A DNA stretch of 18,585 bases, from positions 64,716 through 83,300 of IMG/VR virus record IMGVR_UViG_3300028833_000126, one strand, 5' to 3'. The notes under the pieces were generated by a model. That model was not told the origin of the DNA and did not search any database. It worked only from the letters and a program-made list of their open reading frames with translations. This DNA is from a virus. Its lineage: Duplodnaviria; Heunggongvirae; Uroviricota; Caudoviricetes. The number at the start of each line of letters is the position of its first letter. Positions within the stretch are counted from its first letter, which is position 1. The translations under genes and the position numbers were made by a program. This document shows positions 1 through 8,232 of the stretch, in pieces.

Positions 1-3000
1 GCAACGTTATCGCCAACAGACTTGCCGACGTTCTGAGCAGTCTCTTTCGATTCCGGCTCTTCGGTTCCACCTTTTATCTTATCGATGATACTCTTTCCAA
101 GATCTTTTGCTTTACTGACAACGGATTTTGCACCATCAATGATCTTTCCGACAACGGTCTTGAGCGCTTCAACAGCTTCCTCAACCTTACTGGTAAAGCC
201 TTCTTTGAGATTGTCGATGATCTCTTTGCCTCGATCAATGAACTCAGGAAGCTTCTCTTTGACTTTCTCGACAAGATTTGTCATAAATTCGCCAATCGCA
301 AGGAATGCATTCATAGCGAATTCCGCGATACCAGAAGTCAGACCATTAATCATATCTCCTGCGATATTGACGAATTCTTCAGCCTTGTCTTTGTCGACAC
401 CGAGGAAGATCAGAATTGCTTCAACAATGCCTTTGAACAGATTCGTGAAAGCTTCTCTTGCTCTTTCCGCATTGTCGACAATACCCTGTCCAAGACCTTC
501 AATCAAACTCAACACAATGTCAACACCTGCCTGAATGAAGTCGGGCAGGTATGTAGCAATACCGTTAAGAAGATTAAGAACGATCGTTGCTACAGAATCG
601 ATAATACTTCCAGAATGCTCTGCAAGAGTTGCCAGAACGCTATCAATAATAGTGATAACGGTCTCAACAAGCTTCGGAATCAAAACCTGAGCCGCATCGA
701 GAATTGCCGCAGCAACCTTAACAACATTTTCTGCAATAATCGGGGCATTTGTGCCGATAAGCTTAATGATCTCAACTATGCCTTCTCCAATTTTCAGCAC
801 CAATTTCGGTATAAGTTCGATAATCGATGTGATCGCAAGTACTAGCAAAGAAATGCCAGCGCTGCCTACGGCCGCCAATACTTCAAGACCAGTTGCAAAT
901 AATGTAAGTCCTGCTCCGACTCCAAGAACTGCCACTCCAAGAGCAGCAACTGCCACAGACAGTAACAATATCAGCGGTGTAATTGGTCCAAGAAGAAGAC
1001 CAGCAACCCCGACAATCGCAAACACACCTGCTAATGTCACGAGGCTCTTGATAATTTCGCCAAGAGACATGGAACCGAGTATCTGAAGAGATGGAACAAG
1101 GATTAATAATGCTGCAGCGACAGCCGCCAAAGCAACTGAGAACAAAAGGATCATCGGCGAAACAGTACCGAATACAGCTCCAAGACCACCGATAATGGCA
1201 AATGCCGCTGCCATGGTCACTAAGCTCTTTACGATTTCGCCAAGAGCCATAGAGCCAAGCAATTCTAATGATGGAACAAGAAGCAAAAGCGCAGCAGCAA
1301 TTGCGGCAAGAGCAACAGAAAACAGTAAAATCATCGGTGAAACTGTGCCAAATACAGCTCCAAGACCACCAATGATAACAAATGCTGCAGCCATGCTTAA
1401 AAGACTCTTAACGATCTCGCTAAGAGACATGGAACCGAGAAGCATTAACGAAGGCGTCAATAGCATCAGTGCCGCAGCGATTGTTGTCAATGATGCTGCA
1501 AACGCAATTATCGAAAGAGCAAATTTGCCAAGAACGGCTCCAAGGCCTCCGATAATGACGAATGAACCAAACACCATAAGTAAACTCTTTGCAATTTCTG
1601 TGAGGCTCATTTCACTAAAAGTCTTAAGAGGAACCGTCAACAAAATTAATGCAGCAGCCATTGCACCAAAGCCAACAGCTGCAAGAAGTCCGTTTCCTCC
1701 AAACTTGTTCAGCGCAATCATAGCGATTGTAATTTCGGCAAGAGCAAGTCCCATTCCGGCAAGACCATCAACAATGCTATCCCATCCCATTTCTGCAATA
1801 TTCTTTAGCGCAAGAGCAAGAATATTCATCGATATTGTCAAGGCAAGCATCGTAGCACCGGTTCCGCCATGTGAACTGCCAAACTTGTCGATCGCAATGA
1901 CAGCAAGAGACATTTCAGCAAGAGCAACCCCCATACCGACAAGTCCTTTGGTGATGGCTTCCCACTCCATTTTCCCAATACTCTTAAGTGCCTGAGCAAC
2001 AACGAGCATCGAAATGGATAGAGCAATCATTGTGGCACCTTTGCCATTGTTCTTTCCGCCGAACTTGTCAATCGCAACGACAGCAAGAGACATTTCTGCA
2101 AGAGCAAGGCCCATTCCTGCAAGACCATTTTGAATCTGTTCCCACTCAAGTTCACCGATTTTTTTCAAAGCGGCAGCTGCGATATATAAGGAAGCAGCCA
2201 TAGCAATAAGCTGTGTCATCGCATTGTTCGACTTCTTTGCGGTACCGCCGTTAAGCTCATTACTAACAGCCATTGCACCAATGAGTTCGGCAAGAATACC
2301 TGCAACTCCACCAAGCCCAACAGACAATCCTTCTGCATCAACTCCGCTTAACGCAATAAGAGAAGCGGTAATGATGCCTATTGCAACCGCGATCGCAACT
2401 ATATCTCTCGGCTTCACTTTTTTCTGAAAAGATTCGATGGTGTCGCTAATGCTCTCAAATACACCGCCAAACTTTTTCGTCAGATCGCCAACATTAAATA
2501 TGAGTTTAGCAAATCCGGCTTTAATTGCTATTCCAAATCCTTTTGATACAAGATCAAGAATGGAACCAATATCGGCATTCTTGAATGCATTGCCAATCGA
2601 TTCGCCAAGGGCGCCTAACGCTTCACCGGCTTTCGTAATAATAACATCAAATACCGGCTGAAGTTTCTTCAAAACTGTCCAAAGACCACCGAAAAGTTTC
2701 TTTAAACCCTCAAGCAAACTTGCCAACGGCGATAATTTCTTTTCGGCTTTATCACCAAACTCGTCAAACTCTTTTGTCTCATCCTTCTTAAACAGTGCAA
2801 AGAAAGACTTAACATGTCCAATTGCTGCAACAACAAATTCACTGACTTTTTCAAAAACTGTAGCCGCTGTATCGGCAATTTGGTGCAAATTCAGTCCGGT
2901 TACTCTTTGAATCACATCGGCGATCAAATCGAGAATGTCTCTCAGCTTCTGAGTGATGACTGCCGCAATGCCAGAAAGCCCACCGCCAGCATCTCTAAAA

Positions 3001-5381
3001 GTTTGAATTATGTCACTAAACGATAAAAATTTCGCAAGAAACTCGGAAATATCACTGATGATTCCTTTGAATCCATTTACAACTTTTCCAAGCGTCGGCG
3101 AATTAGCAATGAAATCATTGACAGCATCAAGACCCTTCTCGATATTGGCAAAGAAACCCTCGACTCCTTCTCCTTCTTTCCCAATGAGCATGCCGATTCC
3201 ATCGATCATATCATTCCATATGGACGACATTGCATCGCCAAGCGGCTTAAGCCAGTCAACAATGGAACCAAAACGCTCTTCAAATGTGCCGAAAAGTCCC
3301 CAAAATTTTTCACCGAGGCGGTCAAATACTCCATCTGCCTGAAGACTCTCGATTGTTCGCTCAAATTTTAATATTACTTCCCACGCCTTATTGAACGGCT
3401 CAGCCAAGTCGATTCCAGTCCAAGTTTTTACAAGATCAGAAATAAGATTAAACAAATCTCTGATGGAAAAAGCAATAATATTGACAACGCCCGCAATTCC
3501 CTCGCCTGCTTCTCCGAAATATACGAAATATTCATTGAGAGAAAACAGTTTGCCGAAATACTCGCCAATAGATGAGAGGCTCTCTCTTAACTTATGAAAA
3601 ATATCAACGAGCCCATAAATAACAGGATAAGCTTCCTTAAGCTTTTCAAGTTTTCCTCCGGCTCTGCCAGTCTCATCGAAAATCTCGTAAACAGCAGAAA
3701 TACCTTTTAATTTTTGTACAAACGCGTCAATTCCGTCAGATATATCTTCAATTGCAATCAGAATGCCTTTGCCAAAGCCATCGCCCATCTCACCGAACAA
3801 GCCATCCGTGAAGGCACTTGAAAGAGATTTTATCCCATCTGTTACAAACTTGATGACACCAAAAATCTTCTCAAATGCTTCTCCGATTCGTGCCATGGTT
3901 TCTTCACTAATCTGAAGACCTTCAGTAAACGCCTGAAATCTCGCAGTGAGATCGAAAAGCTGCTGCCCGTCTATCGGCTGAAAAATAGCTTCCCATGCTT
4001 CCGTAATCGGATCAATGATATTGCGAGCGGCATGGTAAAGATCCTTAAAAGACTGGATCAGTAACCCTCTGCCGTTTAAACCGTCCGGAGTTTTAATATT
4101 GTTCCAATCCGTCAATAAGTCATTCAGACTGCTCACAGGACCGGCAAAAATATCCCATAATTCATTGGATAATTCAGTCCACATGGTTTTTGCTTCTTCA
4201 TAGTTGCCGAATATCTGTTCGAAGACATTCATCCAACCAGTAGAAACCGCATCTTTGGTAGCATTTACAACATCTTCGAAAGTCTTTGCTTCCTGAGCTG
4301 CAGCAAAAGCACGTCTGCCAAGTTCGTATTCTTCACTGCTGAGCTCGCTGAGATAGGGAAGAATTTCTTCTGCCGCAAGACCTGTCTTTTTAACAACTTC
4401 CTCGATCTCAAGCGTTCCGTCCTCATACTGCTTTATCCACTTGAGTATCTGTGATGTTGTAACATCATAATTTTCATTGAAAACATCATATACTTCATTT
4501 AAGCGACCAGCAAAGCCGCCGAATTTATTCATGGCTTTGATAAGTACATCGCTGTCAAACCACCCGGCCGCAAGCGTCGTTCTGAAGTTTCCTACATTTA
4601 CAAAATTATCTCCGGAATAGTTGCTGGCTGTATTCTGGAGAATATTTCCGTATTTATCGAGTTTGCCAAGCTCAACAGCTGTATCGATGATCGTCTGTTT
4701 GAACTCTTCCGTTGCCATATTCGCATTTTCAACAGACATCCAGTCCTGTAACTTCACAGCACCCATACCGAGCGCCTGTGAGAAGTTATACATTACTCGG
4801 CTGGCGGACTGAGCATTCTGACCAGCAAGTGCTGCTGCAGTGGAAATACCTTCCATCGCTGCAACAGCATCTTCCAATTCAACGCCCTGAGACGTGAATT
4901 TACCGATACTATTAGTCATATCGGTAAAGTTATAAGAAGTCTCGTCAGTAAACCAGTTCAGCGTTTTTAGTTTCTCAGAAACATCATCGATACTGCGGCC
5001 TGTGGCATTCATGATTGTTTGCACAGCGGTCGTTTTCTCGCCGTACTTACTGAATCCTTCAGTTACCTGATCGATGGACACTTCTTTGAGCTTGTCGATA
5101 ACATACGAACTCGCAGCTGCTCCTATATTCATAAGAGCCCCAACGGCAACTGTCTCAAGCGCTGAGAATTTGTTGCCAAGCCCATCAAGCGCATCTGACA
5201 TACCGTGCAAATTGACTTTATCAGCAGCCGAAGAGATACCGGAGAATGCTTTCTCCACACCATCGAAGTTAAGCGCGCTCTTAAGCTTGTCGAGCGTAGA
5301 CATACTCTGCGATACATTTGACTCGAAATCTCGGTTATCAAATCGCATCTCTACGACTTTTTCATCGATTGTTCTAGCCAA
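1..5381 (-). CDS. Tape measure protein, 3' end truncated by the window edge (about 1793 codons visible)
   Basis: Absent from the ORF track because it has no stop in the window. TTG start at 5381 after GGAGGAGGTG. N-terminus MARTIDEKVVEMRFDNRDFESNVSQSMSTLDKLK is typical of sipho tape measures. Frame spot-checked open near 5300, 4600, 3400, 1200 and 1-60, not codon by codon. Ala/Gly/hydrophobic repeats; expected position after the tail chaperones. Confidence 0.93.
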   Translation of the reverse strand, partial: MARTIDEKVVEMRFDNRDFESNVSQSMSTLDKLKSALNFDGVEKAFSGISSAADKVNLHGMSDALDGLGNKFSALETVAVGALMNIGAAASSYVIDKLKEVSIDQVTEGFSKYGEKTTAVQTIMNATGRSIDDVSEKLKTLNWFTDETSYNFTDMTNSIGKFTSQGVELEDAVAAMEGISTAAALAGQNAQSASRVMYNFSQALGMGAVKLQDWMSVENANMATEEFKQTIIDTAVELGKLDKYGNILQNTASNYSGDNFVNVGNFRTTLAAGWFDSDVLIKAMNKFGGFAGRLNEVYDVFNENYDVTTSQILKWIKQYEDGTLEIEEVVKKTGLAAEEILPYLSELSSEEYELGRRAFAAAQEAKTFEDVVNATKDAVSTGWMNVFEQIFGNYEEAKTMWTELSNELWDIFAGPVSSLNDLLTDWNNIKTPDGLNGRGLLIQSFKDLYHAARNIIDPITEAWEAIFQPIDGQQLFDLTARFQAFTEGLQISEETMARIGEAFEKIFGVIKFVTDGIKSLSSAFTDGLFGEMGDGFGKGILIAIEDISDGIDAFVQKLKGISAVYEIFDETGRAGGKLEKLKEAYPVIYGLVDIFHKLRESLSSIGEYFGKLFSLNEYFVYFGEAGEGIAGVVNIIAFSIRDLFNLISDLVKTWTGIDLAEPFNKAWEVILKFERTIESLQADGVFDRLGEKFWGLFGTFEERFGSIVDWLKPLGDAMSSIWNDMIDGIGMLIGKEGEGVEGFFANIEKGLDAVNDFIANSPTLGKVVNGFKGIISDISEFLAKFLSFSDIIQTFRDAGGGLSGIAAVITQKLRDILDLIADVIQRVTGLNLHQIADTAATVFEKVSEFVVAAIGHVKSFFALFKKDETKEFDEFGDKAEKKLSPLASLLEGLKKLFGGLWTVLKKLQPVFDVIITKAGEALGALGESIGNAFKNADIGSILDLVSKGFGIAIKAGFAKLIFNVGDLTKKFGGVFESISDTIESFQKKVKPRDIVAIAVAIGIITASLIALSGVDAEGLSVGLGGVAGILAELIGAMAVSNELNGGTAKKSNNAMTQLIAMAASLYIAAAALKKIGELEWEQIQNGLAGMGLALAEMSLAVVAIDKFGGKNNGKGATMIALSISMLVVAQALKSIGKMEWEAITKGLVGMGVALAEMSLAVIAIDKFGSSHGGTGATMLALTISMNILALALKNIAEMGWDSIVDGLAGMGLALAEITIAMIALNKFGGNGLLAAVGFGAMAAALILLTVPLKTFSEMSLTEIAKSLLMVFGSFVIIGGLGAVLGKFALSIIAFAASLTTIAAALMLLTPSLMLLGSMSLSEIVKSLLSMAAAFVIIGGLGAVFGTVSPMILLFSVALAAIAAALLLLVPSLELLGSMALGEIVKSLVTMAAAFAIIGGLGAVFGTVSPMILLFSVALAAVAAALLILVPSLQILGSMSLGEIIKSLVTLAGVFAIVGVAGLLLGPITPLILLLSVAVAALGVAVLGVGAGLTLFATGLEVLAAVGSAGISLLVLAITSIIELIPKLVLKIGEGIVEIIKLIGTNAPIIAENVVKVAAAILDAAQVLIPKLVETVITIIDSVLATLAEHSGSIIDSVATIVLNLLNGIATYLPDFIQAGVDIVLSLIEGLGQGIVDNAERAREAFTNLFKGIVEAILIFLGVDKDKAEEFVNIAGDMINGLTSGIAEFAMNAFLAIGEFMTNLVEKVKEKLPEFIDRGKEIIDNLKEGFTSKVEEAVEALKTVVGKIIDGAKSVVSKAKDLGKSIIDKIKGGTEEPESKETAQNVGKSVGDNV
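940..2130 (-). repeat. Degenerate repeats with ~180-nt (60-aa) period inside the tape measure gene
   Basis: aatacagctccaagaccacc at ~1171 and ~1351, degenerate at ~1531. agagacatggaaccgag at ~1064 and ~1424. gcaagagcaa-n-n-cccat at ~1738, ~1918 and ~2099. Boundaries approximate. Confidence 0.8.
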
Positions 5382-5754
5382 CGCGCTTCACCTCCTCCCA
5401 TGCCTCTTCAGCGATTTTTTCAAAAACAGGGCGGAGTGCAGGGTTGATATAGTCGATGCCCTGCACATACCCGCCATTTCTTGTAGCATGCCCATACTGC
5501 AATATGACTGCAATTGGAACTCCATTTTGAACGTTCGTATTGTTAAACATGATGGACACGCTCCCGTCTCCGCGTGTAACACGATATTCCCAGGAATCCG
5601 CGGTTAATCCTGTATCTTTAGGCGTCGCAGATCTGAGCGCAGTAACGCCTTCCTCGCCGTATTTGTCAAGGATTCCAACATCGAAGCCTTTATTGACCTT
5701 CAGCAAATAGTTTGTGAGTGTCTTAAAATCGCCTTTCTGTTTGAACTTAATCAT
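5374..5754 (-). CDS. HK97 gp10-like neck/tail completion protein (126 aa)
   Basis: AAAGGAGG RBS. Sequence LRSATPKDTGLTADSW...GHATRNGGYVQGIDYINPALRPVF resembles the TPxDTG-type gp10-like family. Overlaps the tape measure start by 8 nt. Confidence 0.7.
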   Translation of the reverse strand: MIKFKQKGDFKTLTNYLLKVNKGFDVGILDKYGEEGVTALRSATPKDTGLTADSWEYRVTRGDGSVSIMFNNTNVQNGVPIAVILQYGHATRNGGYVQGIDYINPALRPVFEKIAEEAWEEVKRVG

Positions 5755-5771
5755 ACGACGCCTCCTTTCAT

Positions 5772-6320
5772 CTATCCTTTTGTGCCGAGTCGCTTTCTGT
5801 TCTCAGCATTGATTCTCGCGTGATCTGCCATAATCTCCTTCATAGATTGTTTCTTTTTGGGCTGATTCTCGGCATTACATACGCGAATAAGTGTGATGAG
5901 CCGGTTCAAATGCCAGTTCTCACACGGTTCAAAAGGTATCTGCAAAGAGACCATCCAGTAATAAATGACCTCCGCAGTGATTATGTTCCTTCTTGGTTGC
6001 TTTTGCGGTCCTCTTTCAGAAATCGTTGTAGCTGTCATTGGGTCGTTAATGTAGCCCAAGATAATATCAATTGTCCTTTTTGACAATGTTTCATATACTC
6101 TGCTATTAACATTTGGAGTTAAAGTCATGCATCGCACATAGTCAATAGTTTCAGCATGAGTCTTTTCTTCCTTTGACAGAAACGGTTTCTTCCATTTTGA
6201 TTCCCACTTAGCAAGAGAGACGAGCGAATGCTCCAGTAAGATGGTTTGTCCCTCTATATAGAAAAATTCCTGTGTTCGCTCATCCCAATAGTCTCCTCCG
6301 GGAATTACTAGGCGAAGCAT
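5772..6320 (-). CDS. Conserved tail-region protein, probable tail assembly chaperone partner (182 aa)
   Basis: Fills the gap between the chaperone and the neck gene. LEHSLVSLAKWESKWKKPFL and WHLNRLITLIRVC look like a conserved phage protein. No clear SD upstream. Confidence 0.6.
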   Translation of the reverse strand: MLRLVIPGGDYWDERTQEFFYIEGQTILLEHSLVSLAKWESKWKKPFLSKEEKTHAETIDYVRCMTLTPNVNSRVYETLSKRTIDIILGYINDPMTATTISERGPQKQPRRNIITAEVIYYWMVSLQIPFEPCENWHLNRLITLIRVCNAENQPKKKQSMKEIMADHARINAENRKRLGTKG

Positions 6321-6329
6321 AGGCTATGT

Positions 6330-6725
6330 TTATTCGATTACAGCAACCTGTCCAACAGATTCCTTAACGTCAGCAGGCATAATGCCATTCACAAAAGCTG
6401 CTGCTTCCTTGGAATCGCTTGCAAGCGCAACGAACAGATCAGAGTAAGCGTTTGTCTGCGCAAATTCTTCAGAGAGCTCGGGAGACTTAATAAATCTCTT
6501 GCCGTCCGGAGATTTCACGCCGTAAGACTTCAAGATAAGTTCCTTGAAGATCTTGATGATTGCAGGCGTATCTTTTGCCTTGGTGATTCTCTCGATCGTA
6601 GCACCGAGGCCACCTTCGGTCGAGAGCTCCATTTCTGTGATTTCAGCTTTCGTGAGGTTGAAATAGAAGTCTTCGTTTCTTTCCTCGTCGTTGAAATCCT
6701 TGTAGGTCATGTTCTTCACATACAT
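6330..6725 (-). CDS. Tail assembly chaperone (131 aa; start reassigned to MYVKNMTY at 6725)
   Basis: AAAGGGGA RBS before the ATG at 6725. The longer track ORF crosses a terminator and overlaps the tail gene. Acidic helical protein directly after the major tail protein. Confidence 0.7.
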   Translation of the reverse strand: MYVKNMTYKDFNDEERNEDFYFNLTKAEITEMELSTEGGLGATIERITKAKDTPAIIKIFKELILKSYGVKSPDGKRFIKSPELSEEFAQTNAYSDLFVALASDSKEAAAFVNGIMPADVKESVGQVAVIE

Positions 6726-6747
6726 GGTAAATTTCCCCTTTCGGTAT

Positions 6748-6788
6748 AAAAAAAATAAGGGACCGCCAGCCTTACTGAATACGGTCCC
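6748..6788 (-). terminator. Rho-independent terminator after the major tail protein gene
   Basis: Minus strand GGGACCG-TATTCAGTAAGGCTGG-CGGTCCC then TTATTTTTTT: a 7-bp GC-rich stem followed by a U-tract. Confidence 0.85.
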
Positions 6789-6813
6789 AAGCGGTAAAAG
6801 ATGTGGTACTATC

Positions 6814-7497
6814 TTAGGAAAGAGTGCTGATAACTTCAGCGGGAAGAGGCAGTCTGGCATCGACAGCAGCAGTCTGACCGGCAGCAGGCGTACCATAAAG
6901 AATCTGCTCGAGGTTGCCAAGCTTGGTAGCGTCGCACTTAGTCGAGTCAATTTCGATGTGAGCAGTGGGCTTGTAGTTAGCAACCGGAACCGGAACGGTA
7001 TTGATTTCCCAGGACATCGTCATCGGTTCGGGAGATTCGTTGACAGTAGAGTAGCTTCTCTCAGAAGGAGCTGCGGTTGCGCCATAAATCAGATGAATCT
7101 TATAACCGTGATCCTGACCATCAGTATCGTTACCGATCAGAGTTCTGTAAGTGAAGCCAAACATCTTTCTGGTCTGCTGACCGATCTTAACACCAGTAGC
7201 AACTTCGGCAGAACCATCACATTCTGCGAATTCATTCGGATAAGTGTATGCTTCGATCGTAGCACCAAAATCTTCGCCGGATCTCAGATTCAGATACTTG
7301 ATGTTATCAGCCCAGAAGTCACTTGCTTCCGCGCCAGAAGGATTCTGAGAAACAGAAGTAAGACCGTTCCAAGCAACACCAGCGCCATATGTGCTGTTTT
7401 CGTTGTCATAAGGATAAAGAACACCACGGTCTACACCAGTCTCATAAAGGTGCTCGCCAGTGGCATCCCATTTAATATTAAAATCATTAGTAGGCAT
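6814..7497 (-). CDS. Major tail (tube) protein (227 aa)
   Basis: GAGGAGG RBS. KWDATGEHLYETGVDRGVLY, AWNGLTSV, ADNIKYLNLRSGEDFGATIEAYTYP and AAPSERSYSTVNESPE are characteristic of sipho tail tube proteins. Follows the tail terminator gene. Confidence 0.88.
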   Translation of the reverse strand: MPTNDFNIKWDATGEHLYETGVDRGVLYPYDNENSTYGAGVAWNGLTSVSQNPSGAEASDFWADNIKYLNLRSGEDFGATIEAYTYPNEFAECDGSAEVATGVKIGQQTRKMFGFTYRTLIGNDTDGQDHGYKIHLIYGATAAPSERSYSTVNESPEPMTMSWEINTVPVPVANYKPTAHIEIDSTKCDATKLGNLEQILYGTPAAGQTAAVDARLPLPAEVISTLS

Positions 7498-7510
7498 GAG
7501 TTAGTCCTCC

Positions 7511-7816
7511 TCAGTAATATAATTCGAGTGCCCAATGATTCAGATTATCTGCCGTATAATGTCGATTAAAGCTGCACAATGGCAGTTCAAGCATCTTATC
7601 CACGAGCGGGTAATCCGGATCTTTGCTGATAATGTTAACAAAGTATCTCTTTTTACCGAGATACGTCTTATTGTCAGCTTTCGCTATGAAATATCTGTCA
7701 AGATTGTAGACGATGCATGGATACACCAATCTGACAGTCTCGGGCGGCTGAAAATAAACATGGCTTGACCCAAGCAGTTCTTCAAGAATATGATGCAGTT
7801 CAATTCTCCGGTCCAT
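7511..7816 (-). CDS. Tail terminator/completion protein (101 aa; start MDRRIELH)
   Basis: GGAGGTG SD 6 nt before the ATG at 7816. VYFQPP...YPCIVY motif; lies immediately before the tail tube gene. Confidence 0.75.
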   Translation of the reverse strand: MDRRIELHHILEELLGSSHVYFQPPETVRLVYPCIVYNLDRYFIAKADNKTYLGKKRYFVNIISKDPDYPLVDKMLELPLCSFNRHYTADNLNHWALELYY

Positions 7817-8135
7817 TCCAAACACCTCCAACGGTAAGAACGATTCTCGGATAATTCACTTTCACATCCGTGATTTTCCACTTGTTGCCAAGCCATGTCA
7901 GATACCGCATATAAGCAAGATTCTCCATAGCAAAAGGATCGGCAAGAATGCTGATCTCATTACGAACATTGATGTTGTCGTTCAAGCCTTCACCAGTTTC
8001 ATAGCGTCGGTTGTTCGACAATACATCGCCATAGTAATGCCGTTCGGTTTCAACCTCTGTGTAAACACCGGGATGATTCACAGGATCGGTCTCTTCCGTT
8101 CGCATATAACCGACTGTTCCGTAATATTTCGCCAT
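7800..8135 (-). CDS. Head closure (stopper) protein (111 aa)
   Basis: GAGGA RBS. Beta-rich, ending ILADPFA...YLTWLGNKWKITDVKVNYPRIVLTVGG; follows the capsid gene. Confidence 0.72.
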   Translation of the reverse strand: MAKYYGTVGYMRTEETDPVNHPGVYTEVETERHYYGDVLSNNRRYETGEGLNDNINVRNEISILADPFAMENLAYMRYLTWLGNKWKITDVKVNYPRIVLTVGGVWNGPEN

Positions 8136-8181
8136 TTTGAATTCCTCACTTATTCATCATCCGATGGCTGAATAGGGTCCT

Positions 8182-8228
8182 TGGCGTGATCTAGAATCGG
8201 ATCGTATGTATGATCCAGAATCACGCCA
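8182..8228 (-). other. RNA stem-loop 7 nt downstream of a GGGGGAA slippery site at the capsid 3' end
   Basis: TGGCGTGAT (8228-8220) pairs with ATCACGCCA (8190-8182); inner GGATC (8216-8212) pairs with GATCC (8203-8199). No U-tract follows, so it is not a typical terminator. Confidence 0.7.
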
Positions 8229-8232
8229 GAGA

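Noticed and set aside
74-5607. Many + strand ORFs and short alternative-frame minus ORFs across the left 5.6 kb
   Set aside because: Shadows of the tape measure gene, which the track missed because it runs off the window.
6709-7569. 286-aa + strand ORF opposite the major tail gene
   Set aside because: Antisense shadow; the minus frame has a clear RBS and family motifs.
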